A stretch of 64,000 nt of DNA, taken from NCBI RefSeq assembly GCF_963921235.1, contig NC_086105.1, positions 26,040,001 to 26,104,000 of the forward strand, in the 5' to 3' direction. This DNA comes from Mobula hypostoma (lineage: Eukaryota). Of this stretch, positions 20,923 to 33,648 are shown in pieces; positions within the stretch are counted from its first letter, which is position 1, and each line of letters starts with the position of its first letter. The notes beneath the pieces were generated by a model, which saw only the letters and a list, made by a program, of their open reading frames with translations, was not told where the DNA came from and did not search any database. A program made the position numbers and the translations under genes.

Positions 20923-21293
20923 TTGGGCAGGTGGGGCTCGACAGCCTTGGACGGCAGCCCGCCTAGGATAAGGAAAACTCTGATTTTAAACCTCTGCTGC
21001 CTTGTGGCCATACACACCATGGAAAAGGCTTCGGGAGTAAACCCCAAGGAAGAAATCCAGAGCTGGGATCCCTAAGGCAGTTTGATGTTGTTTACAACTT
21101 CACTCTGCGACGACACTGGGGCCAAGCTGTATCAGCACTTGCCCTTCCCATCAGTGACGTGGAGAGGGGGAACTCACTGCATGGGCAACAGCCGGATCTT
21201 CAAACCTTCCCGCCCAGGCTTGCGCCCTGGAGAGGACACAGTCCCCCAGAGGCACAAACCCATGATCCCTCTGGAATCGAAAGCTGCCTACAT
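20923..21293 (+). mobile_element. Non-autonomous RTE-derived short retroelement
   Basis: Perfect 10-bp TSD ACAAGTACTT (20913-20922 and 21294-21303); GC-rich RTE-5'UTR-like body with no ORF. Confidence 0.7.
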
Positions 21294-21324
21294 ACAAGTA
21301 CTTGTATGCACAGGTGTAATAATG

Positions 21325-22985
21325 ATCAAGGACATCTTCCATCTCTCACTGCTACAGTCAGAGGTTCCCAACTGGTTCAAAAAGGTGACAATTATACTAG
21401 TTCCTAAAAACAGCAGGGTGAGTTGTCTCAAAAATTATTGCCCATTAGCACTCACATCTACTGTGATAAAGTGCTTTCAGAGATTGGTCATGCCAGAATC
21501 AACTCCTGAGTACGCAAAGACCTAGACCGCTGCAATTTGCCTATTGACACAATAGGTTTACAGTGGATACAATCTCACTGGCTCTCCACTTGGCCTTGGA
21601 TCACCTGGACAACAGCAGTACCTATGCCAGGCTGCTATTTATTCATTATAGCTCAGTGTTCAATAGCATCATATCCTCAGTATGAAACAACAATCTCCAA
21701 AACCTGGACCTCTGTACCTCCCTCTGCAAATGGATCCTTGACTTCCTTTTCGGGACACCACAGTCAGCTTGGATTGGAAATAAGATCTCCTCCTCACTGA
21801 CAATCAAAACTGGCACACCTCAAGGATGCATGCTTATCCCACTGCTCTACTCTTTCTACACCCACAACTGTATGGGTAGGCACAACTCAAACTTTATAAA
21901 TTTGCTGATAATACGACTATTGTTGGCAGAATTTCAGATGGTGACGAGGAGGCATACAGGAGTGAGATAGATCAGCTGGTTGAGTGGTGTGGTAACAACA
22001 ACCTTGCACTCAACATTAGTAAAAACCAAGGAATTAATTGTGGAAGGGGGGAGGGGAAGTTGAGGGAACACACATCAGTCCTCATCGAGGGATCAGAAGT
22101 AGAAAGGCTGAGCAGTTTCAAGTTCCTAGATGTCAACATCTCTGGGGATCTATCCTGGGCCCAAGATATTGATGCAATTACAAAGAAGGCACGACAACAG
22201 CTGTATTTCATTAGGAGTTTGAGGAGAATTGGTATGTCGCCGAAGTCACTCGCAAATTTCTACAGATGTTCCGTGGAACATATTCTAACTAGTTACATCA
22301 CCATCAGATATGGAAGGGCCACTGCACAGGATCGCAAAAAGCTGCAGAAAGTTAAACAGCCAGCTCCATCATGGGCATTAGTCGCCTCAGCATCAAGGAC
22401 ACCTTCAAAAGGCGATGCCTCAAGAAGGCAGCATTCATCATTAAGGGCCCCTATCGCCCAGGGCATGCCTTCTTCTCATTGCTACCATCAAGGAGGAGCT
22501 GCAGGAGCCTGAGAACACACGCTCAACATTTCAGGAACAGCTTCTTCCCTTCTTCTTTCAGATTTATCAATGGACAATGAACCCATGTGCACTACCTCAC
22601 TATTTTTTTCTTTTTATTGCTCTCTTTTTGCAGTACCTTATTTATTATTATTAATACTACCTTATTTATATACTGTATTACTATTATTTTTTCTTTTGTA
22701 TTTTCACAGTTTGTTATCTGCACAATGGTTGTTTGTTTGTCCTATTGGGTGCAGTGTTTCATTGATTCTATTGTGTTTCTTGGATTTACTGTGTATGTCC
22801 ACAAGAAAATAAATCTCAGGGTTGTATATGGTGACATAATGTTCTTTGATAACAAATTTACTTAGAACTAATTAATTTAAAATTTATTGTAATTTGTAGT
22901 TCACTTTTTTATGCTTATGCATTGCAATATACTGCTGCAACAAATTTCACAACATATTTCCATGATACTAAATCTAATTCTGAAA
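21325..22985 (+). mobile_element. Rex1/Babar-type LINE fragment(s)
   Basis: YCPLALTSTVIKCFQRLV, GTPQG, KFADN, FKFLDVNISGDLSW, LPSRRS motifs; stacked 3' tails. Confidence 0.85.
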
Positions 22986-24059
22986 CTCGCAGCAATATCA
23001 TAGGCACAGATCACCATATAAGCGGCATTCACAAAAATAAACAATCTGGGAAAGCACAATTTCGAAATTCCATGAGACTGAATTTTATTCCTTATCTTAA
23101 AATTTGGGGTAATGGTTTGTGAATTCTGTAAGGGTGAATTTCCAAAATTTATACAGATATTATTCAGGGGTCAGCTATCCTGCATGAGTGCTATTGCTAA
23201 AGGACCTTCATAGCACTGAATGTGTCCAAATTTACAAACATTTTCCAAGTGTGGGTCTGAGTCCTTGAAAAGTTAATTGGCATTGGAGGGTTCAAAATAG
23301 TTTACTTAAATCTATTGTTGTTTCCCAATGTTTTTCTCTATGCTTGTTCAAATATTTGCAAACACTTTTTGGATAGTCATCAGAAGAACAAACTCATGAC
23401 CAATAACTGCAACAGCTGGGCCATTGATTCCTGTTAGTCTGCTTAAAATCACAATGCTATTAGATTAGTATCACCAATCCCTTTTCCTCTTTCTGGGCTT
23501 TCTTGTTTGTATTTCCTACCTTCACTCAGGATGCTTATTTCCATATGGTGTCCACCTCTTGTATCAACCGCCTCCATCCTGCCAGTCCATCCTTTTAGGT
23601 TTTTACTTCCTTTAAGTTGCTTCTTTACACCCATTTCTTTGGCTAAATTTTGGTCACTTCTTGTTCAGCTGCCTTTATTTGTATTTGAAAGCCATTTTGC
23701 CTCAGATAATTTCATTCTGCTGAAAGCCCAACATAAACAGGAAAAGTTATTGTTCCTTGAGCTTTACTTACTCCACGGTTACTAAACAAAAGCAAAAAAT
23801 GCTGGAAACATTGAGGAGAAATGGAAGCATAGTTAATGCTTCTGGTCGATGACCCTTTGTCATAACTGGGATTGAGAGAAGAACGAACAGGTTTTAAGTT
23901 GAAAGTGGAAGATGGGATGGAGAGGATCAAGGAAATTTCAGTGATAGGGTGTAAAGAAGGAATACAGAAACTATTGAGACAAGGATAAAGAGAGATGGGC
24001 ATCTCACCAGACAAGAGAGGCTGGCAGCATTGCTGTATGACTGTCAACAGATCTACATA

Positions 24060-24836
24060 TACCTGATGGTAACAATGAGAGGAGGACATGTGGGGGTGGG
24101 GGGTGGGGTCCTTAATGATGGATGCCGTCTCCTTGAAGATGTCATGGATACTACGGAGGTTAGTACCCATGATGGAGCTGAATAACCAAACAACTCTGTA
24201 GCTTACTTCGATCTTGTGGAGTAGCCCTCTCCCCCATACCAGACAGTGGTGCAGCCAGTCAGAATGATCTCCAGGGTACACGCCTTTATTTCCTGTAGAG
24301 CATGAAGAAAGCTCACCTCTGTCCCAGGATACTGGCAGACTTTTACCGCTGTACCATTGAGAGCGTACTCACCAACTGCATCTCAGTGTGGTATGGCAAT
24401 TGTCCCGTATCGGACCGCAAAGCACCCCAGCATGTGGTGAAAACTGCCCAGCAGATTATCGGCACCCAATTGCCCACGATTGAGAACATCTACCATTATC
24501 GCTGCCTGGGCAGAGCAAAAAGCATTATCAGGGATGCATCTCACCCTAAGCATGGACTTTTTACTCTCCTCCCATCTGGTAGGCACTACAGGGAAGAGCT
24601 TCTTCCCTGAGGCTGTGACACTGCTGAACCTCTCATCACAGCGCTAAGCAGTATTGCCTCTGTATTGTACTGTCTCAGTACTTTTATATTTGTGTACTGT
24701 AGCACTTTTTTTATTCGCAGTTATTTTGTAAATAACACTATTCTTTGCAATTCTAGTCAGATGCTAAATACATTTCATTGGCTTTGTAGCTGTATTCGGC
24801 ACAATGACAATAAAGTTGAATCTAATCTAATCTAAT
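24060..24836. mobile_element. Two abutting Rex1-type LINE 3' fragments (- strand 24060-24280; + strand 24282-24836 with (TAATC)n tail)
   Basis: FYRCTIESVLTNCISVWYG and LLPSGRHYR motifs; ctaatctaatctaatc tail. Confidence 0.8.
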
Positions 24837-25092
24837 CAACAAACAGCAACAATTTTAAAGTATTGCAGATGATAGTTTTTGTTTTCCTTCGCCATGATAT
24901 TTGCATTGTCCTTTCCATATCCCCCCTTCTGGCTGTCTGCACCTTAACTCGCTTCTAGTTCTGACCTTGGGGGTAGGGGTGGTTTGTCCTGGTGCAGGCT
25001 TGCGATCCGAAATGACAACGCTTTCCCTCAGCTAGACCCGCTGATTCCCAGAAACAGATTGTTGCTCTTTTTCCACGGATGTTGTCTGACCC

Positions 25093-25248
25093 TGTAGCAA
25101 CACACACAAAATGTCAGGGGAATTCAGCAAGGCAGACAGCATCCATAGAGAGTCGACGTTTCAGGATGGTGTCAAGCCCTCCCTCCATAGTTGCTGCCTG
25201 ACCCGCTGAGTCCCTCGGGCGCTTTGTGTGCGTTGCTCCGGATTTCCA
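25093..25248. mobile_element. Inverted pair of Penelope pLTR fragments next to the ERGIC2 promoter
   Basis: gcaacacacacaaa...agtcgacgtttc on the left is complementary to gctgcctgacccgctgagt...tttgtgtgcgttgct on the right. Confidence 0.6.
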
Positions 25249-25249
25249 T

Positions 25250-25730
25250 TAGCCGCCTGTGCCTCCGTTTTGCTGTCTGACAGGGTGAATGCTCCCACCA
25301 TCTCTGGGGCTGCATTCCCCCTACCCCACTCGCCCCTTTTAACTTGCCGCCCGCTGAAAGGCGACGCGAAGAGCGGCTGATCTGGAAGCCGTGCCGCCAG
25401 GGAAGTTGGGGCAGGAAGTTACGTCTCTGGAAGGTGGGAGGGTAGAGGTCGCTGGCTGTGTCTTTCCCCTCCTCCTCCCTTGGAAACCGAGATGCCGTAC
25501 ATGGCGCGCATTGATAGGCTCTGTCCGTAGTCCACGAGTAGGAGAGCAAGGGGAGTAGTGAGTTTGGCTAACGCTCTGCCGCCACCCACCTCCGCTGTTC
25601 CAGGGCCAGGGGGTTTACACCGCGCCGTATGAGCCGAAAGTGCCCGCCGGCCAGCGGCATCGACCCAGAGCCGCTGCCAGCCCAGGAGCCCGGCGGCCGG
25701 CAAGTGGCGACCATTCGCAGTGAGTCACCC
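25250..25730 (+). promoter_or_regulatory. ERGIC2: CpG-island promoter and probable non-coding exon 1 of ERGIC2
   Basis: The only non-repeat CpG island between THAP5 and ERGIC2 exon 2. Tandem GGAAGT (ETS-type) sites at ~25401-25420, ATGGCG (YY1-type) at 25501, and candidate donors GTGAGT at 25558 and 25720. Confidence 0.7.
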
Positions 25731-26743
25731 ATTCTGTGCTCTCCCTCAGCAAACCTGGTTCCAGGTTACCTCCAAGGCAAAGGGTGGATGGGTGAAATCT
25801 GACAGTTTTAGTATTTGCTCTGATGTGTTGAAATAAGCAGCCGTCAAAATATTTGATGCACTTGCCTTTGGTATCATATTTAAGTAATTTTTCTGACATT
25901 TCACCGATGGTGTTGACATTACGGGGTTTCATTGTAATTCAGACTCTCATTTCGTGTGTTTCTTGAAATTGCAGTTTGACGAATACTTCGATTTTTAGAT
26001 TTGTTTCAACATTTTATTGTTTCCTTGTAAAAGAGGAAGAACGCGTTTTTTTCTTGGTGGGAGGGTTAGTCATTGTGTGATCTTGTTAATTTTCTTTTTT
26101 CTGAAAAGAGCACATTGGTGCGTTTAAAACAGTTTCACAGACCAAAAGTAACTTAACTGGGGCATTCAAATGGCTTGGCTTGGTTTTCCTTCTGTTGTAA
26201 CGCGCACTTGCTCAATCACTTTTGTGAATTGGACGTGTAGGTTGCGAGGAGGATTGGCGATTTTTATTAACTTGAAAGCATGTTGTTTCCATATGCTTGT
26301 GCAATAGTTTCTTAAATATGCAGATTGGAAAGATGTGATTTACCTATTGATGATGTAAGGAGGAAATGCATTTTGGAATGTAGACCTGCAGATCAAAGTT
26401 TGAATAACTTGATACATAATATTGAAACAAACCCAGTGTCTTTGTCACAAGTTTCACCGCCTCTCCTGGCCACGTATTAGGCTGAACTGGATTGTTGACA
26501 ATTTCAGTGTCATATGCTCTCCTGTATTCAGTCTGTTCTTTTTCTGAACTTGATTCCGTTTTCAGCTCTTTTTTTGTATTGCTTTCACTCTTAGTACTCA
26601 ACTGCCTGTATAATTGTCCAGTGTCTGTGCCTGCTTATATCTTTATGAAGTGATTTGAGATGTTTTTTCTCTGTTAATGGCACTATTAAATAGTAGGTTG
26701 TTGATCAAATGAGTAAATGCTGGTCAAAGTGTAGGGCAAACTA

Positions 26744-26764
26744 GTGTGTGTGTGTGTGTGTGTG
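26744..26764. repeat. (GT)n microsatellite followed by a G run
   Basis: Seen directly. Confidence 0.95.
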
Positions 26765-27024
26765 GGGGGGGGGTGAAATTACTGTTATTTCTTTGCCTCC
26801 TTTGTAAGTAAACACAGTTTTAAAATATTTGCTCTTGCTCCGTTTGTGAAACTGAATATACTTTGTATGTAAAGCAGTATCTGTGGCAACAGGTAATGTT
26901 TCAGGCTGCAAAATCATCAAAAATTGGGAATGTGAACAAACAAGTTATTTTTAAGTATTTGAGAGGGTGAAGAAGGAGTGGATATGATAACGTGATATGG
27001 TTAAGCAAGGATTGTTTAGGTGAT

Positions 27025-27780
27025 TCAAATGATTACAAAGCCGGCTAATGGATTCATGAGGAAATTTAGATGAAAAACGAGACAAATGATAAAACAGGCC
27101 ATCTTGCCGGACAAGTCTGTTGGAATTCTTTGAAGATAGACAAAGGAAAATCGGATATTGTTTACTTGGATTTTCAGATGGCCTTTGACAAGGTCCCACA
27201 TATGAGGCTGCTTAACTAGATAAGAGCCCATGGTATTACAGGAAAGATACCAGTGTTGGCTGATTGGCAGGAAACAAAGAATGAAAATAAAGCGTGCCTT
27301 TTCTGATTGAGCGTGCCTTTTCTGATTGGCTACTTGTGACCAATGGTGTTCTGCAGGGAACCGCTTCTTTTTATGTTGTATGTCAATAATTTGTATGACG
27401 GAATTGATGGCTTTGTGGCCTTTTCTGGGCGATACAAAGATAGGTGGAGGGTCAAGTAGTTTTGAGGAAATAGAGATGCTACAGAATAACAGACGGATTA
27501 GAGGAATGGGCAAAGAAGTGGTGGATGGGGTCTGTATGATCATGCACTTTAGAAAATAGTCTACACTTTTATTCCTTCTGCTAAACGGGGAGAAAATTCA
27601 AAAAATTGGAAGTGCCAAGGACTTGTGCAGGATTCCCTAAAGGTTAGCTTGGAGGGTGAGGAAGGCAAATACAATATTAGCATTCATTTCAAGAGGACTA
27701 GAATATAAAAACAAGGATATAATGCTGAGGCTTTAGAAGGTGTTAGTAAAGCCTCATTTAGAGTATTGTGAGGAGTTTTC
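27025..27780 (+). mobile_element. Degenerate CR1 RT fragment
   Basis: YLDFQMAFDKVPH and DTKIGG motifs; contains a 19-bp tandem duplication at 27291-27328. Confidence 0.75.
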
Positions 27781-29170
27781 AAGTCAAGTTTTTTGTCATT
27801 TAACTATATATGTGCGTACTGTCAATGAAGACATTTCTCCAAACCAGGATGTAAAGCAGAGTAGTACACATAACACACAATAACTTATGAAAGTTAGGAT
27901 AAAATTTACAGATGAATCACACATGAGTAACAAACTAAACTGACAAATATTGTAAAGTTCAGAACAGATTAACCAGCAACGCTTCAAATGCGATGAAGCA
28001 GGGCGATTAGAAGCCTAATGACCTGAGGGGGAAAAAACCCGTTTCTCATCCTGACCATTCTTGTTTTTATACATCAGAGGCCATGTCCACACTAGACCGG
28101 ATAAATCCATAACCAAAGCTTTTTCTCTTTGTTTTGACCCTCTGTCGACACTGAAATGGCATTTTCCTCCCCCAAAAACAGAGCTTTTCAAAAACCCTCT
28201 CCAGAGTGAATAAATCTGAAAACGCCTAATGGCCGGTGTAGCATGTACAGGGTAACCAATTCTTTTTAAAAATGCTGTCATGATGTGCTGGAACAGATAG
28301 TAGTGACAGCGTGGCATTTAGATTAGATTAGATTATGAAGACATGCAGTCCTCTTTTATTGTCATTTAGTAATGCATGCATTAAGAAATGATACAATATT
28401 CCTCCGGTATGATATCACAGAAACACAGGACAGACCAAGACTGAAAAACTAACAAAAACCACATAATTATAACATATAGTTACAACAGTACAACAATACC
28501 ATAATTTGATGAAGAACAGGCCATGGGCACAATAAAAATTCAAAGTCTCTCGAAAGTCCCACATCTCACGCAGACGGGAGAAGGAAGAAAACTCTCACTG
28601 CCATGCCCGACCACAGTCCGACTCTGAGTCGTCCAAAAACTTCGAGCTCCAATCAGCACTGAGTACCGAGCACCATCTCTGCCAAACGCTTCGACCCCAG
28701 CCTCGGTCACCAGCAAGCAAAGCCAGGGATTTTGGGCCCTTCCCTCCAAAGATTCTCGATCGCACAGTAGCAGCAGCAGCGAACCAGGCATTTCAGAAAT
28801 TTCTCCAGATGTTCCTCTGTGCCTTCTCACATCTGTCTCCAGCAAATCGGAATTGTGCACGGCACCCTACTTACAAATTCGATATCATTTCACCGGAGAG
28901 CTGCGCCACGCTGCCACCTTCTCCTCCCGCCTTGTTTTCATTGTTTTCTTGAACGCAATCTCCAACACCACAACAACCAGTGGCGGACGGCTCTTGCATA
29001 TGGTAGGAATTCAATGAAGATGCTGGATGGATGAGTAGGATCCTCAATAATACTAAGGGCCCTGTATATGCAGCGGTCCTGATAAATGTCCCCGGTGGAT
29101 GTTAGGGAGACCCCTATCATCCTCTCAGTTACTCTCACAGTCCTTTGAAGTGACTTCCAGCCCGATGGAC
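27781..29170. mobile_element. Nested cluster: - strand Rex1-type LINE 3' end, containing a Harbinger-like MITE fragment (~28078-28990), itself containing a - strand (TAATC)n-tailed non-autonomous retroelement (~28318-28935)
   Basis: Harbinger-like terminus GGCCATGTCCACAC at ~28079; ttagattagattag tail at 28318; the LINE (IIEDPTHPS motif) resumes at ~28992. Confidence 0.55.
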
Positions 29171-29179
29171 TTACGGTCT

Positions 29180-29780
29180 AGCATTGGGCCATTTGACCAG
29201 TTGAATCTGTACCACGATTCAATTGGGCTGATAGTTTTTCTTAAATCCCATTCTGCTTCTTTCTCCATGTAACCTTTAAGCCTTTTACCAATCAAGAACC
29301 TATCAGTCTCTGTCTTAAATACACCCAGTGACTTGGCCTTCACAGCCCTTTATGTCAACGAATTTCACAAATTCCCTACCCTCTGGCTTAAGAAATTCCT
29401 CCTCACCTCAGATTTAATGCACCACCTTTTTATTTTGAAACTACCTTCGGTCCAAGACTCTCCTACTAATGGAAACACTTCCATCCAGACCTTTCTGTAT
29501 TGAGTAGGTTTTAATCAAACTTCTCCTAATCCCTCTGATTTCCATCAAGTACAGGCCCTGAGCCATCAAATGCTCTTCGTATATTAAAGCTTTTCATTCC
29601 TGAAGTCATTCTGATGAACCTCCTCTAGGCCCCCTCTCATGCTCGCATATGCTTTCCTGGATACAGGGCCCAAATTTGCTCACAATATTCCAAATGTGGT
29701 CTGACCAATGCTTTATACAACCTCATCTGTACGTTCTTTCTTTTATGTTCACACCCTCTAACCGAATAGCTAATGTCCAT
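29180..29780 (-). mobile_element. CR1 3' fragment
   Basis: LYKALVRPHLEYCEQIW and SLGVFKTETDRFL motifs. Confidence 0.8.
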
Positions 29781-30728
29781 CAGATTTGATGAAATTTTAG
29801 TTACAAATGGCAAACTATGCAACTTAGTTGGCCAATTCTATCATAAAAGGGAAAAGTAAGGAACCTGAAATTATTCGATTCTATTTCATTCTAGGTACTG
29901 CAATGTGTCTAGATGAAAGATGAGGTCCTACTTATTTATGAAATTTGCATTGGGATTTTGTTGGAATGGTGCGGGAAGTCAGAGCCAAAGTAGGAGTGGG
30001 ATATGGAATTGAAGCTCATGTTTGCCCTTGTGGACGAGATAAAGGTGTTCTGCAAACCAGACATTCAAATCGTGTTTCATTTCTGCACTATGAAGGAGAC
30101 CACATCTTTTATAGTATTTGGTAGAAATGTGAATAAGATCACTGCTCCTTCATCTGAAATAGAAAGAATACTTGTATAATGCTTTTAACCATTGGTAATC
30201 GGGCAATCTTTTCATTCAGGAATTGGCTTAGTGAATCCCTTCTGGGCTATGTTCAATGCTAGTATATTCCTTCCCTATTAAGGGGACCAAAACTGAACAG
30301 GCAACAGCTTTTTGGGTTATGAAAATTCACCCTTGCAGAGTTCACATATCATCGCCAAAAAATTTGAGATACAGAATAAATTTCGCTCTCATGGAATGTG
30401 TGTATGTGTAGATGGGGAGAGACATGACTAAAACCTATTCTTCTCCAACTTCTTTCTTGACATTTCATAGATTATGTGAAAAATTATGACATGAACCACT
30501 TTCGGGGGAATTAATCCCACAAGGCCAGCCCTTCTCTTCTCCCTCCCTCGTAATATATACTCTTTATGGACTTTTTATATAAATTTTGTTTTAAATGTTT
30601 ATTTTTTTCTCTTCTGCATTAGTGTGTCAGTAGACAAGAGCACATTTTAAATTTCCAAACATTCATTTTCCAAAAAACTTGAATGTTACAGAGAAATTTT
30701 TATATTCCGTTAAATAAAGAAACCGCTT

Positions 30729-32308
30729 TTACATAGAACATAGAATAGTACAGCATATTACAGGCCCTTCAGCCCACAATGTTATCCCGACCCTTAAATC
30801 CTGCCTCCCATATAACCCCCCCCCCAGCTTAAATTCCTCCATATGCTTGTCTAGTAGTCTCTTAAATTTCACTAGTGTATCTGCCTCCACCACTGACTCA
30901 GGCAGTGCATTCCACGCTTCAACCACTCTCTGAGTAAAAAACCTTCCTCTAATATCCCCCTTGAACTTCCCACCCCTTACCTTAAAGCCATGTCCTCTTG
31001 TACTGAATGGTGATGCCCTGGGGCAGAGGCGCTGGCTGTCCACTCTACCTATTCCTCTTAATATCTTGTATACCTCTATCATGGACATCCTCCTTCTCTC
31101 CAAAGAGTAAAGCCCTAGTTCCCGTAATCTCTGATCATCATGCATACTCTCTAAACCAGGCAGCATCCTGGTAAATCTCCTCTATACCCTTTACAATGCT
31201 TCCATATCCTTCCTATAGTGAGGCGACCAGAACTGGACACAGTACTCCAAGTGTGGTCTAACCAGAGTTTTATAGAGCTGCATCATTACCTCGCGACTCT
31301 TAAACTCTATCCCTTGACTTATGAAAGCTAACACCCCATAAGCTTTCTTTCTTTCTTTTCAAATCTTTTTATTGCAAGCTTTCTTAACTACCCTATCTAC
31401 CTGTGAGGTAACTTTCAGGAATCTGTGGACATGTACCCCCAGATCCCTCTGCTCCTCCACACTACCAAGTATCCTGCCATTTACTGTGTACTCTGCCTTG
31501 GAGTTTGTCCTTCCAAAGTGTACTGCCTCACACTTCTCCGAGTTGAACTCCATCTGCCACTTCTCAGCGCACTTCTGCATCCCATCAATGTCCCTCTGCA
31601 ATCTTCGACAATCCTCTACACTATCCACAACACCACCAATCTTTGTGTCGTCTGCAAACATGCCAACCCACCCTTCTACCCCCATATCCAGGTCGTTAAT
31701 AAAAATCACGAAAAGTAGAGGTCCCAGAACCGATCCTTGTGGGACACCACTAGTCACAATCCTCCAATCCGAATGTACTCCCCCCCACCACGACCCTCTG
31801 CTTTCTGCAGGCAAGCCAACTCTGAATCCACCTGGCCAAACTTCCCTGGATCCCATGCCTTCTGGCTTTCTGAATAAGCCTACTGTGTAGAACCTTGTCA
31901 AATGCCTTACTAAAATCCATGTAGATCACATCCACAGCACTACCCTCATCTATATGACTGGTCACCTCCTCAAAGAACTCTATCAGGCTTGTTAGATACG
32001 ATCTGCCCTTCACAAAGCCATGCTGACTGTCCCTGATCAGACCATGATTCTCTAAATGCCTGTAGATCCTATCTCTAAGAATCTTTTCCAACAGCTTTTC
32101 CACCACAGATGTAAGGCTCACTGGTCTATAATTACCCGGACTATCCCTACTACCTTTTTTGAACAAGGGGACAACATTCACCTCCCTCCAGTCCTCCGGT
32201 ACCATTCCAGTGGACAACGAGGACATAAAGATCTTAGCCAGAGGCTCAGCAATCTCTTCCCTCGCCTCGTGGAGCAGCCTGGGGATTATTCCATCAGGCC
32301 CTGGGGAC
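30729..32308 (-). mobile_element. Relatively young 5'-truncated CR1 LINE (RT)
   Basis: Long ORF fragments with KSPGPDG, YRPVSLTS, SQHGF, DFSKAFDKV, GVPQGSVLGP, FADD; (TTCTATG) tail at ~30732. Confidence 0.92.
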
Positions 32309-32309
32309 T

Positions 32310-33648
32310 TTTCAAGTAAAGCCTGATTATTTTGTAGATATATAGCCCATAGCATGATTAAACAATGATAACAAACGTATCAATGAGTTGAATGAACTAA
32401 ACTGTTTAACTGAAACAGAAACGTGTGCAGAAAGAATCAGACTGGGTGAAGGACAACCAAACTAATAAATGTGAAGGAGTGGCAGATGTGACAGTATAGC
32501 CTTCAAATCATCAATTCTTATCGCATGGAAGGAGTGAGTATAGTAATAAGACACACCCTACATTAGCGGGGTCCTTCCCAAGTGGAAATTTTGTGGCAGA
32601 CAGAAGTTTCAAAATGTGCTGTCCAAGCTCTTCTGAAGCAGCACAAAGAAACGGGCGAATTGAGGATCAGAAAAGCAGGGGTTGGGCATGGAAACTGAGC
32701 GGAGCAGATGAGATGCATCAGTCTGGCGTCCCTTCTAACTCTGAAGAAGTTCCAGCACTGCTATCAGATCTGAACTCTCAGGAGCCACTGGAACCCAATT
32801 ACACCCCTTACAGTCTGGAGAAGTCTTGTCAGAAGATGTCTTCGTGGAAGAGTTGCTGTCAAAAAGCCATTCCTCCAAAGTGGAAACAAAGCCAAGAGAC
32901 TCACCCATGTACAAAAACATGGGTGATGAACAATGGTAGCAGGTGCTCCGGACTGGCAAGTCAAAGTTTGACATTTTTGTCCTAAACAGGAGGCAGTTTG
33001 TCCATAGAGGAGCTGGAGAGCACTACATGGATGAATGTCTGCAGCCAATTAGTGAAGCACGGTGGAGGTTCCTTCTAGGTTTGGGGCTGCTTTTCTGCAA
33101 TTGGAGTTGGCGATCTGTTCAGAATCAATGGGATCATCAATGCTGAGACATATAAGTAGATTCTCGTCCATCACACAATGCCATCAGGGAGGCATCTGAT
33201 CATTCCCAACTTCATTCTGCAGCAGGACAATGATCCCAAATACATGGCCAAGGTCATAAAGAGCTACCTTCAGCGAAAAGAAAAACAATGTGTTCTGTAA
33301 CAGACGGTATGGCCTCCAAAGAGCCCAGATCGCAACATCATCGAGGCTGAATGAAGAGACAGCCAAAGTTAGCAGAAGAACTGTAGCAAGTTCTTCAAGA
33401 TGCTTGGAACAACCCACCAGCCGATTTTCTTTTTAACAAAACAGTACAACAGTGTACCTGAGCAAATTGTTTGAAGGTTTAAAGGCAAAGGGTGGTCACA
33501 CCAAATATTTATTTGTTTTAGTTGTTCTTACTGTTTACTGCTTTTACTGTCTTATTTTGATATTTAGAAACATTTCATTATTTTGGAAAGCATCTTGGCA
33601 TTACAGAATTTTTTTTTACACATGCCTTAAGACTTTTGCATAGTACTG
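32310..33648 (+). mobile_element. Tc1 transposon remnant (pseudogenised transposase and right TIR); its 5' part probably lies at ~30560-30728, left of the CR1
   Basis: VLRTGKSKFDIF (VLWTDESKF-like), VKHGGGS..VWGCFS, LQQDNDPK, WPPKSPDRNIIE; right TIR reads CAGTACTATGCAAAAGTCTTAAGGCA on the - strand. Confidence 0.85.

Noticed and set aside
25172-25932. Three - strand ORFs over the CpG island suggesting a divergent gene
   Set aside because: No recognisable domain, partly derived from Penelope fragments, and expected in GC-rich DNA.
31359-32355. Functional reverse transcriptase gene
   Set aside because: 5'-truncated CR1 with frameshifts and a disrupting micro-insertion.
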